This document shows positions 26,064 through 42,509 of a stretch of DNA of 64,000 nt, piece by piece. Each line of letters begins with the position of its first letter. The stretch's first letter is position 1. The DNA is from Macrostomum lignano. Its lineage: Eukaryota. The position numbers were made by a program, and so were the translations under genes. The stretch is from contig NIVC01000041.1 in NCBI GenBank assembly GCA_002269645.1, forward strand, positions 124,001-188,000. Direction: 5' to 3'. Under the pieces are notes generated by a model. That model was not told the DNA's origin. It made no database searches and saw nothing but the letters and a program-made list of their open reading frames with translations.

Positions 26064-27161
26064 ATGCCGAAGTTCGACGTCGATAAAATCCACGTGAAGA
26101 GCATGAAAGTGTACTATGACAATTCCACGCAGACTAAAGTGTCCGAGAAGCCATTTCTAGTGCAGTACGAGAGCCAGCACTTCCGCTGCAAGACCACATT
26201 AACACTAGAGGAGTCGGTGGCAAATAGTCACTGGACGGTTGGTCTCGTGCAGGCCTGCGATGGAATGTACCTGGAGAATAGGTACGGCAAATTCGGCAGC
26301 TCGCACTGGGAATTTCACCCTATGTCCGCCCGGAGACACAAAATGGTGAACGACAGCGACGGGCGGCAGTATCCGTTCTACAGCCTGACTACAAGCAAAT
26401 GCGAGATACCGCGCGGCACCGTGGCGGAATCCGAGGTGCGCCTGCATTACAGCGACCACTTCTACCCGACCGTCGCTTGGCAGCTGCCGTTCTGCGGCGG
26501 CGTGCACCTAACTGACGTCATACGAAAGCAGGACTTCTGGGTGTGGCTGGTCGCTCTGCGCAGACAACGGTCGAATAACGAACAATTCCACTTGGGCCGA
26601 GACGAATTATTCGTGCTGAAGACAATGCGCTGGCGCTACACAATGCATCTACAGTTTGATCCGCACCAGAGACTCGGCCGGCGACTCAAAGCCGTCATGG
26701 ACGAACAGCCGGAGCTGCCGATAATCTGCGAAACCGATAAGTCGGTGCCGCTGTCAGCGATGCACCCGCCGCACTGCAACGCTGCCCAGTCGTTAATCTG
26801 GTATCCCCGAGTGCCTGGCGAGCGTCAGGAGCTGCTGGTGCCGCCGAAGCAGTCCATCGTGCCGTGGGACGTCTGGGCCGACGAGATGCTGCCGACTGGG
26901 GACCGGGACCGTCTGCGCCGGCCGTCCAACCTGCGCATCTGCCCGCTCTGGTCGGACGACTTCACCATCGGGGTCTACCGGCGAACCAGCCGGGCGGGCC
27001 TGGCCACCGCCGCCTCGGTAACCGGCCCCCTCGCCATCGCCTCGTCATCTTCGGCGGGCAATTCCGCCGGGCTGGTGACGGGCAACTCCAGCTCCGGCAG
27101 GACATTCTTAGCCCCGTTCGGGCCGCGCAGGAAGTCAAACAGCGTCAACAAGTTCATCTGA
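26064..27161 (+). CDS. FAM78: FAM78-family protein, single exon, ~365 aa (ATG at 26064; the track ORF starts at an upstream TTG)
   Basis: Motifs WTVGLVQAC, NRYGKFGSSHWE, DSDGRQYPFY, DHFYPTVAWQLP, LTDVIRKQDFWVWLVA and HCNAAQSLIWYP resemble FAM78A/B. Start context is accATG. Confidence 0.82.
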   Translation: MPKFDVDKIHVKSMKVYYDNSTQTKVSEKPFLVQYESQHFRCKTTLTLEESVANSHWTVGLVQACDGMYLENRYGKFGSSHWEFHPMSARRHKMVNDSDGRQYPFYSLTTSKCEIPRGTVAESEVRLHYSDHFYPTVAWQLPFCGGVHLTDVIRKQDFWVWLVALRRQRSNNEQFHLGRDELFVLKTMRWRYTMHLQFDPHQRLGRRLKAVMDEQPELPIICETDKSVPLSAMHPPHCNAAQSLIWYPRVPGERQELLVPPKQSIVPWDVWADEMLPTGDRDRLRRPSNLRICPLWSDDFTIGVYRRTSRAGLATAASVTGPLAIASSSSAGNSAGLVTGNSSSGRTFLAPFGPRRKSNSVNKFI

Positions 27162-27699
27162 ATCCCGGATGAGCTCAGCCTCCTCCACGGCAACCTTCCC
27201 GTCTTTGTGTGACACTTTAATTATTTTGCTCATTTTGTGTTTTTAAAACCTAAACAACTGCGAGACGAGTCTTATTTGCATTTCGCTATGGACTGATAGA
27301 ATGGAATACAATAAAAAGAAGCCAATGACGGAAGAGAAATGCGCAACCGGTTATTTCATTGCAAGATAAAAAATTGCTTCAACTTGGTTTGTCAACATGG
27401 GGCGCGCTTTATTCGTGTCTCTGCTCGACTTGAGAGCTCGGCTCTCACGATTTACAAACTTCCTTATCTCTGCGTGACAGCTCAAGTTTCATGGATATGT
27501 TTTAGCTATAAAAGATCATTTGACAGAACAAATCCAGTGAACACGCACTCTAGTGAGATGACGCTTCTGATCAAAATATTATAGTTTTTAGGTGAAAAAC
27601 ATGCGTACCAAGATCCTAAGCCTCTAAAGCGTGTCTGTACAGCCATATCTTTAAATTTTATCGGGCATCGCCGTTAGTGTGTAATAGGTAGCTGTAGCT

Positions 27700-30600
27700 C
27701 TTTAGCTGGCATAGCATCCCATCTCTGTAGCTGGCATAGCATCCCATCTCTGTAGCTGGCATAGCATCCCATCTCTGTAGCTGGCATAGCATCGGCCATC
27801 TCTGTAGCTGGCATAGCATCCCATCTCTGTAGCTGGCATAGCATCCCATCTCTGTAGCTGGCATAGCGCCACATCTGTAGCTGGCATAGCGCCACATCTG
27901 TAGCTGGCATAGCATCCCATCTCTGTAGCTGGCATAGCATCCCATCTCTGTAGCTGGCATAGCATCCCATCTCTGTAGCTGGCATAGCGCCACATCTGTA
28001 TCTGGCATAGCATCCCATCTCTGTAGCTGGCATAGCATCCCATCTCTGTAGCTGGCATAGCATCCCATCTCTGTAGCTGGCATAGCATCCCATCTCTGTA
28101 GCTGGCATAGCATCCCATCTCTGTAGCTGGCATAGCATCCCATCTCTGTAGCTGGCATAGCATCCCATCTCTGTAGCTGGCATAGCATCCCATCTCTGTA
28201 GCTGGCATAGCATCCCATCTCTGTAGCTGGCATAGCATCCCATCTCTGTAGCTGGCATAGCATCCCATCTCTGTAGCTGGCATAGCATCCCATCTCTGTA
28301 GCTGGCATAGCATCCCATCTCTGTAGCTGGCATAGCATCCCATCTCTGTAGCTGGCATAGCATCCCATCTCTGTAGCTGGCATAGCATCCCATCTCTGTA
28401 GCTGGCATAGCATCCCATCTCTGTAGCTGGCATAGCATCCCATCTCTGTAGCTGGCATAGCATCCCATCTCTGTAGCTGGCATAGCATCCCATCTCTGTA
28501 GCTGGCATAGCATCGGCCATCTCTGTAGCTGGCATAGCATCCCATCTCTGTAGCTGGCATAGCATCCCATCTCTGTAGCTGGCATAGCATCCCATCTCTG
28601 TAGCTGGCATAGCATCCCATCTCTGTAGCTGGCATAGCATCCCATCTCTGTAGCTGGCATAGCATCCCATCTCTGTAGCTGGCATAGCATCCCATCTCTG
28701 TAGCTGGCATAGCATCCCATCTCTGTATCTGGCATAGCATCCCATCTCTGTAGCTGGCATAGCATCCCATCTCTGTATCTGGCATAGCATCCCATCTCTG
28801 TAGCTGGCATAGCATCGGCCATCTCTGTAGCTGGCATAGCATCCCATCTCTGTAGCTGGCATAGCATCCCATCTCTGTAGCTGGCATAGCATCCCATCTC
28901 TGTAGCTGGCATAGCATCCCATCTCTGTAGCTGGCATAGCATCCCATCTCTGTAGCTGGCATAGCATCCCATCTCTGTAGCTGGCATAGCATCCCATCTC
29001 TGTAGCTGGCATAGCATCCCATCTCTGTAGCTGGCATAGCATCCCATCTCTGTAGCTGGCATAGCGCCACATCTGTATCTGGCATAGCATCCCATCTCTG
29101 TAGCTGGCATAGCATCCCATCTCTGTAGCTGGCATAGCATCCCATCTCTGTAGCTGGCATAGCATCCCATCTCTGTAGCTGGCATAGCATCCCATCTCTG
29201 TAGCTGGCATAGCATCCCATCTCTGTAGCTGGCATAGCATCCCATCTCTGTAGCTGGCATAGCATCCCATCTCTGTAGCTGGCATAGCGCCACATCTGTA
29301 GCTGGCATAGCATCCCATCTCTGTAGCTGGCATAGCATCCCATCTCTGTAGCTGGCATAGCATCCCATCTCTGTAGCTGGCATAGCATCCCATCTCTGTA
29401 GCTGGCATAGCATCCCATCTCTGTAGCTGGCATAGCATCCCATCTCTGTAGCTGGCATAGCATCCCATCTCTGTGGCTGGCATAGCATCCCATCTCTGTA
29501 GCTGGCATAGCATCCCATCTCTGTGGCTGGCATAGCATCCCATCTCTGTAGCTGGCATAGCATCGGCCATCTCTGTAGCTGGCATAGCATCCCATCTCTG
29601 TAGCTGGCATAGCATCCCATCTCTGTAGCTGGCATAGCATCCCATCTCTGTAGCTGGCATAGCATCCCATCTCTGTAGCTGGCATAGCATCCCATCTCTG
29701 TAGCTGGCATAGCATCCCATCTCTGTAGCTGGCATAGCATCCCATCTCTGTAGCTGGCATAGCATCCCATCTCTGTAGCTGGCATAGCATCCCATCTCTG
29801 TAGCTGGCATAGCATCCCATCTCTGTAGCTGGCATAGCATCGGCCATCTCTGTAGCTGGCATAGCATCCCATCTCTGTAGCTGGCATAGCATCCCATCTC
29901 TGTAGCTGGCATAGCATCCCATCTCTGTAGCTGGCATAGCATCCCATCTCTGTAGCTGGCATAGCATCCCATCTCTGTAGCTGGCATAGCATCCCATCTC
30001 TGTAGCTGGCATAGCATCCCATCTCTGTAGCTGGCATAGCATCCCATCTCTGTAGCTGGCATAGCATCCCATCTCTGTAGCTGGCATAGCATCGGCCATC
30101 TCTGTAGCTGGCATAGCATCCCATCTCTGTAGCTGGCATAGCATCCCATCTCTGTAGCTGGCATAGCATCCCATCTCTGTAGCTGGCATAGCATCCCATC
30201 TCTGTAGCTGGCATAGCATCCCATCTCTGTAGCTGGCATAGCATCCCATCTCTGTAGCTGGCATAGCATCCCATCTCTGTAGCTGGCATAGCATCCCATC
30301 TCTGTAGCTGGCATAGCATCGGCCATCTCTGTAGCTGGCATAGCATCCCATCTCTGTAGCTGGCATAGCATTCCATCTCTGTAGCTGGCATAGCATCCCA
30401 TCTCTGTAGCTGGCATAGCGCCACATCTGTAGCTGGCATAGCATCCCATCTCTGTAGCTGGCATAGCGCCACATCTGTAGCTGGCATAGCATCCCATCTC
30501 TGTAGCTGGCATAGCATCCCATCTCTGTAGCTGGCATAGCATCCCATCTCTGTAGCTGGCATAGCATCCCATCTCTGTAGCTGGCATAGCGCCACATCTG

Positions 30601-31040
30601 TATCTGGCATAGCATCCCATCTCTGTAGCTGGCATAGCATCCCATCTCTGTAGCTGGCATAGCATCCCATCTCTGTAGCTGGCATAGCATCCCATCTCTG
30701 TAGCTGGCATAGCATCCCATCTCTGTAGCTGGCATAGCATCCCATCTCTGTAGCTGGCATAGCATCCCATCTCTGTAGCTGGCATAGCATCCCATCTCTG
30801 TGGCTGGCATAGCATCCCATCTCTGTAGCTGGCATAGCGCCACATCTGTAGCTGGCATAGTGCCACATCTGTAGCTGGCATGGCGCCACATCTGTAGCTG
30901 GCATAGCGCCACATCTGTAGCTGGCATAGCGCCACATCTGTAGCTGGCATAGCGCCACATCTGTAGCTGGCATGGCGCCACATCTGTAGCTGGCATAGCG
31001 CCACATCTGTAGCTGGCATAGCGCCACATCTGTAGCTGGC
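27700..31040. repeat. 25-bp satellite array 1 (tagctggcatagcatcccatctctg) with 23- and 27-bp variants
   Basis: Tandem units visible; the 23-bp variants cluster at the right end. Confidence 0.98.
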
Positions 31041-31680
31041 ACCCTTCTCTCCGTGCTGCGGTGCAGAAGGCAAAAAAACATTTTTCGCAAAAGTGTCGCC
31101 AAACGGTAACGAACTGCGCCCCTAAATGAACAGATTAGAGAGATTAGGCGATAAGCTCATAATCCCAGTATCCAAGCGAGGCAGGGGATTAGCAGGCCCC
31201 GACCAGCTAGTGAGTTGAGTAAAGCTCCTTTAGTCAAAGCGAGTCTGTCAGACAAAACATTTATGCAACACAAGAAAATCAGAAATTGGGAAACTTCAGT
31301 TCCAATGGCAGGGAAAAGGGCGCATGTATAAACGCACTTGAACAGAGGCATTGGAAACAGTCCCTAGATTTTCTTCTGTCTCACATCTGGCACTCGTATA
31401 ATCTCCATTGAAATTTGAAACCCAAATACATTGGGGCTTCAAAACCGAGCTCTCATATCTCCAGTCGATAGGGAAAAAATCCCCAAAAAACGCATTCAAA
31501 TCGCAAGTAGGAGACGTAACGACACAGCTTGGAGTTTCTTGCTGTAAATAAAAAATTAATGAGCGCTGCTAAACCTAGGGTAAAACAGACACATGCTTGA
31601 ATGTGACGAGCCCAAGCAGGACGGCTGAGCTTGAATCCACAGCTCATCAAAGGGAGTCGTAGAGTTGAGAGTCCTTGTTG
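31041..31680. repeat. 640-bp unique-like segment, copy 1 of a tandem duplication
   Basis: Appears identical by eye to 33119-33758 (offset 2078 bp); the ORF track gives identical translations. Confidence 0.95.
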
Positions 31681-33118
<1,438 letters not shown>

Positions 33119-33758
33119 ACCCTTCTCTCCGTGCTGCGGTGCAGAAGGCAAAAAAACATTTTTCGCAAAAGTGTCGCCAAACGGTAACGAACTGCGCCCC
33201 TAAATGAACAGATTAGAGAGATTAGGCGATAAGCTCATAATCCCAGTATCCAAGCGAGGCAGGGGATTAGCAGGCCCCGACCAGCTAGTGAGTTGAGTAA
33301 AGCTCCTTTAGTCAAAGCGAGTCTGTCAGACAAAACATTTATGCAACACAAGAAAATCAGAAATTGGGAAACTTCAGTTCCAATGGCAGGGAAAAGGGCG
33401 CATGTATAAACGCACTTGAACAGAGGCATTGGAAACAGTCCCTAGATTTTCTTCTGTCTCACATCTGGCACTCGTATAATCTCCATTGAAATTTGAAACC
33501 CAAATACATTGGGGCTTCAAAACCGAGCTCTCATATCTCCAGTCGATAGGGAAAAAATCCCCAAAAAACGCATTCAAATCGCAAGTAGGAGACGTAACGA
33601 CACAGCTTGGAGTTTCTTGCTGTAAATAAAAAATTAATGAGCGCTGCTAAACCTAGGGTAAAACAGACACATGCTTGAATGTGACGAGCCCAAGCAGGAC
33701 GGCTGAGCTTGAATCCACAGCTCATCAAAGGGAGTCGTAGAGTTGAGAGTCCTTGTTG
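33119..33758. repeat. 640-bp segment, copy 2
   Basis: Matches 31041-31680. Confidence 0.95.
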
Positions 33759-36052
<2,294 letters not shown>

Positions 36053-36328
36053 GCTTCGCTCGCTCTTTCTCGCTATTTACTATCTATAGCCAGGACCTGC
36101 ACCGGAGCGGTTACGAAAATTAGATTTCTCGGTAGTTGCACGTACTCTTTTGCACTACTTGAGTAGTCTGATTTTCGTTCGGCATAGCTGGTTCCAGCAG
36201 GTAGTTCCTCTGGATAAAAGCGCTTACCGCGCCCATTGGCTTTCCAGCTGCCTTAATCGTTTCCGGTGATCTTGTGTGCGTGCTTTCAGCTTGATTGGCT
36301 GCGGCAAGCAGCTACTAACTAACTAATC

Positions 36329-36542
<214 letters not shown>

Positions 36543-37574
36543 GTCTCGGTTTCTCATCACCTCACTCTGTTGCCTTGTTCCCTCATGGACGTAAATCACG
36601 CTGCCAGCCGCAAACAATAAATTAACGTGACTAGGCGCGCACTAAAAAGCCTGTAACTGTGGCGCGAGAGTTGGCTGGTGTTTCCGGCTCGCACGAAATA
36701 ATTTATTCAGTTCGAAAATGTGTCACCAATTTCTAGAAATCGAACGCTTCTGTTAAAAAAATTATTAAGTATTTTTCACTTCGACAATAGGGATTATTGA
36801 ATGACCTCTAGTTGTAAAAAAGCAGTTCCAGATTCATTCAGTAGTCCCTGGCCCATCCCGAGAGCATTTTGTAGCATTTTATTGCCTCATTCGACTGTCT
36901 CGCACGCGTCCCGGGACCCCGGGAGAGAGAGAGAGAGAGAGAGAGCTGGGCAGTTCGAAATCTGTCGAATAGTCAGATGGACGTTTTTTTTCTCTTTGCA
37001 GAAGCGAGTCCCAGTGTCTTTGTATTGGGGAGCATTTCCTGTGATTTTCTTCACGTCACCAACTGCAGGCGGTCGGGTTCTGGCCCGCAGGCCATGCGGC
37101 CAGTCACCCGGCTGAGTAGTGCGCCAGTGGAGCACGTCTCGGTTTCACCAAGCTTGGCAAAATCTTTAAAAGAACAGCCGGCAGACATTTTGTGCAACTT
37201 TTTTTGCGCAAGCATTGGCAACCATCTCTACCTTATGATTTTATTCATGACAAATTCTGTTTGCAAAATTTTTAACTTGGACTCAAATATTGAAAAATTG
37301 AAGTATTGATCGCCAAAATTGACGGGGTCTTTTAGGCGATATGAATTTTTGTTTTCGTTTAGGCAACATTATACTTATATTGTGTGGCTACAAAAGGGCA
37401 ACTTGTGCTTTATCTGTCTTGTATTTCTACTAGGAGCACATGTAGCAGCAATTATTTCGAAATTCACCTTGGAAAACTTTTGATGCCTCCATTTCTCTTA
37501 GGGCTCCTTTGTGAGCCTGGAGTGAAATGGGTGTTAGCCATCCACCCCTCCTTGCGATGTACTTTGTGCCGCCT

Positions 37575-38365
37575 TTGTGCGCCGTCCTCTATACTTCTCC
37601 GTGGTGTGGGGAGTTTGCTCACCCGCTTTTTTATCTGCGCGCCGCCCTCTATACTTCTCCGTGGTGTGGGGAGTTTGCTCACCCGCTTTTTTATCTGCGC
37701 GCCGCCCTCTATACTTCTCCGTGGTGTGGGGGGTTTGCTCACCCGCTTTTTTATCTGCGCGCCGCCCTCTATACTTCTCCGTGGGGTGGGGGGTTTGCTC
37801 ACCCGCTTTTTATCTGCGCGCCGTCCTCTATACTTCTCCGTGGGGTGGGGGGTTTGCTCACCCGCTTTTTTATCTGCGCGCCGCCCTCTATACTTCTCCG
37901 TGGGTTGGGGGGTTTGCTCACCCGCTTTTTATCTGCGCGCCGCCCTCTATACTTCTCCGTGGGTTGGGGGGTTCGCTCACCCGCTTTTTATCTGCGCGCC
38001 GTCCTCTATACTTCTCCGTGGGGTGGGGGGTTTGCTCACCCGCTTTTTTATCTGCGCGCCGCCCTCTATACTTCTCCGTGGTGTGGGGGGTTTGCTCACC
38101 CGCTTTTTTATCTGCGCGCCGCCCTCTATACTTCTCCGTGGGGTGGGGGGTTTGCTCACCCGCTTTTTATCTGCGCGCCGTCCTCTATACTTCTCCGTGG
38201 GGTGGGGGGTTTGCTCACCCGCTTTTTTATCTGCGCGCCGCCCTCTATACTTCTCCGTGGGTTGGGGGGTTTGCTCACCCGCTTTTTATCTGCGCGCCGC
38301 CCTCTATACTTCTCCGTGGGTTGAGGGGTTTGCTCACCCGCTTTTTATCTGCGCGCCGCCCTCTG
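37575..38365. repeat. 59/60-bp GC-rich minisatellite
   Basis: Unit ccgcttttttatctgcgcgccgccctctatacttctccgtggggtggggggtttgctcac. Confidence 0.96.
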
Positions 38366-39289
38366 CGCCACGTCGCTCCTGCCGGAACTTATCGTTTCTA
38401 CGGGGTCGATTCCCCACCTCTCGCGCTGCTTCGGCCATAGAAATTGCCTGCCTGCTGTTCGTCCCCCTTTGCTGCTAGGGTGTGATTGGTTAAAACCCAT
38501 TTCGAGAATAAAGTTACCCGGGTTCGACTCCTGGAGCTTGTCGCGCGATGAACTCTCCTGATTGTCAATCTCCAAATAAATGTGGGTACGCACGGAATCG
38601 AACCAAGGATCAATGACGCGCGAGTCTCTGAACTCTGCTCTAGAACTAATCGATATACGAACTAGAAAAAGCAAGCAAGCGCGAAAGTCGCAGCTGAGCA
38701 GTAGCGTGCTTGAGTCAAAAAAGCCAGATAGAAACCGTTGGGATCATCAGAATTAGAAGCCGTTCAATGCTTGATTTGCTTGCGTGCCTAGCGACACAGC
38801 TTTTTAATCTTTTGAATTTTGTCCCAAATCAAAATTGATACAGAGGGATCTGGCAGTCAATAGTCAGGTGATTTTTTTCTCTTTTAACTTCATCCACCAT
38901 CTCACATTGGCTTGACTGACTTTCCCTAAATTTACGTATTTTTCGAACTCTGAAAAGAAAAAATTAATCTTAATAACTAGAATTAATTTGAATTTCCAAG
39001 ATTAAAACTGACATGCAATATGAAGTTACTGATTAATTTTGATAGCTGTTTTTTGCAAAGTTCATCATGTCTTTTAGACTATCACATAATTACTATCGAT
39101 TTTCTCCGAAATATTCTCTCCAAGTGGTTGAGAAAACTGCATGGCAACTGGATGGCAGCATCATATTGCTACACTTCAACTAAATAATCTGGCTAATAAA
39201 ACTGCTGTGCTTACTAATGCTTGAGTTATTGAAATGCAGGAGGCTGTGTGCACCCTGGCGCACTTTAAGCGACATTGTCACACAACCGG

Positions 39290-39520
39290 CGAGAGGCATT
39301 GCTGCCCATTCCGCCGACTCCCCTGAGCAGGCACACACCCACACAGGAGTGTACAGCGGCCCTAACTTTATATTATCGTTAGGCATGTACACTTCACCTC
39401 AAGGCCGTTAATTGCACGAGCAGAGCCAAGCTGAGATTCCAATTTAGCAGCCCTAAACTAATGTGACTGCACTTGGAATCGAGCCTGGGTTGCTGGCACA
39501 TCAGAGCACTGGACTAACAA
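39290..39520 (-). mobile_element. SINE-like family B copy
   Basis: Minus strand shows B-box-like ggctcgattcc, then gtgtacatgcctaa...ttagggccgctgtacactcctgtgtg, homologous to 696-750. Confidence 0.55.
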
Positions 39521-40125
39521 GTTAGTTAGTTAGAACTCCAGACAATACCCTTTCTGAGCGAATGGACTCTAGCAAATTTCCAATAGCAGTGAAAAGCCTC
39601 AGCTGACAAATGGAAGTCAGCTGAGCTCTGATTGGTCAGCTCGCAGTCCTGATAAATCTATATGTTGGGAGGGCAGAGATAAGCCCGTTGTGCTCAAGGC
39701 AGCCGCGACTCCATAAGAGCAGAGTTGAGTCTGGTAAGAAATTGATTAAAATCTTCAACAGAAGCCAATCGGAACTCCAATTAGTAAGTTTTCTGTTTTC
39801 TAATTCTAAATAATTTCCTTCATCAGATGCATAATACGGGAGTAATAAAGCAATTTCCAAATTTTGTATCAATCCTCAAGGCTTCCGCTACTCAGTCAAG
39901 AACTAATTGAAGTCCCTGTCAAAAAACCCAGATAGCAGCTGCAGCCGGATACCGCAGGCTGTGCCTCACAGAAATTTTCCTTTTTTCTTTTAATGAGCTT
40001 GCCGTTGCACCCATCGGCCCCTTGGGGATAATTATTGAGAGATTTTTTTCAAATGAAAGTCTGATAGGGAAGATGGCGAAAATCTTCAGATTTTTTTGGT
40101 GATTTAAGGTTGCCTTTGCCTCGCA

Positions 40126-40450
40126 TCCTCAGGTTGGGAAATAAATTCACCTCAGATCCTCAGGTTGGAAAATAAATTCACCTCAGATCCTCAGATTGGG
40201 AAATAAATTCTTCCCAGATCCTCAGGTTGGGAAATAAATTCTCCTCAGATCCTCAGGTTGGGAAATAAATTCTCCTCAGATCCTCAGGTTGGGAAATAAA
40301 TTCACCTCAGATCCTCAGATTGGGAAATAAATTCTTCCCAGATCCTCAGGTTGGGAAATAAATTCTCCTCAGATCCTCAGGCTGGGGAATAAATTCACCT
40401 TAAGTCCTCAGGTTGGGGAATTATCTCCACCTTGAATCCTCAGTTGGGAA
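40126..40450. repeat. 31-bp minisatellite (tcctcaggttgggaaataaattcacctcaga) immediately upstream of the GPCR
   Basis: Tandem units visible. Confidence 0.92.
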
Positions 40451-40479
40451 AAACGACTGCTAACTATGATGCTTGAATA

Positions 40480-42363
40480 ATGATGCCAAAGCAACGCAAA
40501 TTAAAACACGCAGGAAAATCTTCCCACGCTGACATCAGAGCCATGGCCAACTGGACATCTGTTCACCCCGACCTGTACAAAATCCACCTGGCCGAACTGA
40601 TCGAAAGACGTCGAGCTGAAAATCGGATGCCAAATTCGCTACTGATTTGCATCACAGTCTGCCTGTGCTTGATCTCCCTGCTCGGCATTGTTGGCAACAG
40701 TCTGGTCATTGTGTTCTTCCACCGCAGCCTCCGCGACCTGCCTCAGAATGTCTACGTGATCGCACTGGCGGTGCTGGACCTGCTGGTATGCGCTGTGGTC
40801 ATCCCGTCGACTCTCTACCAGGACGTCTGGCACAGGTCTAGCTCGGAGCTGTGCTGCAAACTTTTCCACATCCTTCGCTATTCGTTGGTGCCATCGTCGG
40901 CTTTTCTGCTCTGCCTCATCGCTGTGGACCGGTTCGTCATCATCTGCTTCGTGCCCGGCGTGCAGACCGGCCGGCGCAGCTCCCTGGCCTACGTGGCCTT
41001 GGCGGTGGGTCTCGGCTGCGCTGTCGGTGTACCGGGCGGCCTCACAACTGGCACCAGGATGCGCATTGAACTGGCCGACGGCGGCGTGGAGCTGCCCGTG
41101 GCCTACTGCACCACCGACAACCAGCTGGTGAGCACCCCGGTGATGCAGGCGTACAAGACCGGTCTCTCTGTGCTGTTCGCCTGCGCTCTGCTGCTGCTGC
41201 TGTTCTTCTACGCCAACATTTTTGCGTTTGTGCGGCGCCGGCAGCACCGGTGGGCCCGGTCGCGCTCCTGGGTGGCCCACGCCGGCAGCCGAAGCCGGAG
41301 CAAGAGCAGGTGCAAGGCGGCCCGGATGTCTAGCGGCGACTGCCCGGTTGAGCACTCGATCGGATCGAAAGCGGGCCGCTGCTCAGCTGAGCTCAGCTGC
41401 GGCGGTGCCTGCAGCAGAGGCGGCCAAAAAAAGCGACGCGTTGTCCGGCGCCTGTCATCGCGCGCTGAAGAGACGGAGGTGACCACCTGCGCCGGTGTGG
41501 AGCTCATGAGTCACCATGGAGGCGCGTCGGCCGTGGCCGCGGCGCTGGCAGCCCTTAACGGCGCCGACGCCTCCGCGTCAGCAGGTGTGTCGGACTGCTG
41601 CCTGGAGACCAACATTGATGAAGTGCTGATGCTGACTGCTCCAACTAATGATGGAGCGGCTGAATCGCTAGTAGCTGAGAAGGTCCCAGCCGAGGAGGCT
41701 GGACTAGTTAAAGATGAGGCTGACACCGGACCGGGCTCAGACAGGATTGTTGAGGAGGAGGACGCAGCTGAAGCCGCCGACCCGGCCGCAGTGCAAGAGG
41801 AGGTGAAGCAGCGCCGCCTGTCGAAGCAGCAGCAGCAGCAGCAGCCGCAGCGCCGTTCCTGGACCTCAGCGCGCGACAACTCAATCGGGTCCGTGCAGCT
41901 GGCGCAGGCGCGCCGCGATCTGGCCGAACGGGCGCGCAAACGGCCGCATATTAAAACCGCTAAAGTGCTGAGCGTCATCACGTTCTTCTACGTGTTATCC
42001 TACCTGCCATTTCTGCTCGTGTACAATGCTCACTGGGGCCCCGGCTGGGATGCCGACAGCTCAGGGCCTGTAGTGGCCGCTAGCAACAACAGCAGCAGCG
42101 GCTGGCCCAGCCCCAGCTGGCCCGGCTCCGGCAGAATCCAGATTTTATCAACTTCCGCCGGAAATTTCACCTCTAAACTTGAAGTTGACAAGTTCTCGAA
42201 TTGGAGCAACAGGCTCAAGGATATCATTGTTAATATCATATTTTATTGCTATTTTATTAATCACGGCGTTAATCCAATCATCTACGGCTGCATGAACACC
42301 TACTTCAAGCAGCAGGTGTACAGCCTATGCAACTCTATGGGCGGTCGGTGCCAGCACCCGTGA
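40480..42363 (+). CDS. Class A (rhodopsin-like) GPCR, peptide-receptor-like, single exon, up to 627 aa
   Basis: TM1 GNSLV; TM2 LAVLDLL; ECL1 Cys (CCKLFH); DRF at TM3; TM6 KTAKVL...SYLPF; TM7 NHGVNPIIY; very long third intracellular loop. Confidence 0.92.
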   Translation: MMPKQRKLKHAGKSSHADIRAMANWTSVHPDLYKIHLAELIERRRAENRMPNSLLICITVCLCLISLLGIVGNSLVIVFFHRSLRDLPQNVYVIALAVLDLLVCAVVIPSTLYQDVWHRSSSELCCKLFHILRYSLVPSSAFLLCLIAVDRFVIICFVPGVQTGRRSSLAYVALAVGLGCAVGVPGGLTTGTRMRIELADGGVELPVAYCTTDNQLVSTPVMQAYKTGLSVLFACALLLLLFFYANIFAFVRRRQHRWARSRSWVAHAGSRSRSKSRCKAARMSSGDCPVEHSIGSKAGRCSAELSCGGACSRGGQKKRRVVRRLSSRAEETEVTTCAGVELMSHHGGASAVAAALAALNGADASASAGVSDCCLETNIDEVLMLTAPTNDGAAESLVAEKVPAEEAGLVKDEADTGPGSDRIVEEEDAAEAADPAAVQEEVKQRRLSKQQQQQQPQRRSWTSARDNSIGSVQLAQARRDLAERARKRPHIKTAKVLSVITFFYVLSYLPFLLVYNAHWGPGWDADSSGPVVAASNNSSSGWPSPSWPGSGRIQILSTSAGNFTSKLEVDKFSNWSNRLKDIIVNIIFYCYFINHGVNPIIYGCMNTYFKQQVYSLCNSMGGRCQHP

Positions 42364-42509
42364 CTGTCAGCTGACAGATTCGGCCCCGTCAAATAACTAT
42401 GAAAGACCCGATCAATTTGTTTAATAAACTTCTTTAAAATACCAGCTCTATTACCCAAACAATATGCAATGTACTAGCAATCATTTGCTATCAGCTGCTA
42501 TCGCTAGAG

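Noticed and set aside
31620-31660. Minus-strand TGATGA followed by a gagc...gctc stem in the duplicated 640-bp unit
   Set aside because: It lacks the preceding C and the GAAA after the stem, so it is not a hammerhead; no convincing box D partner was found.
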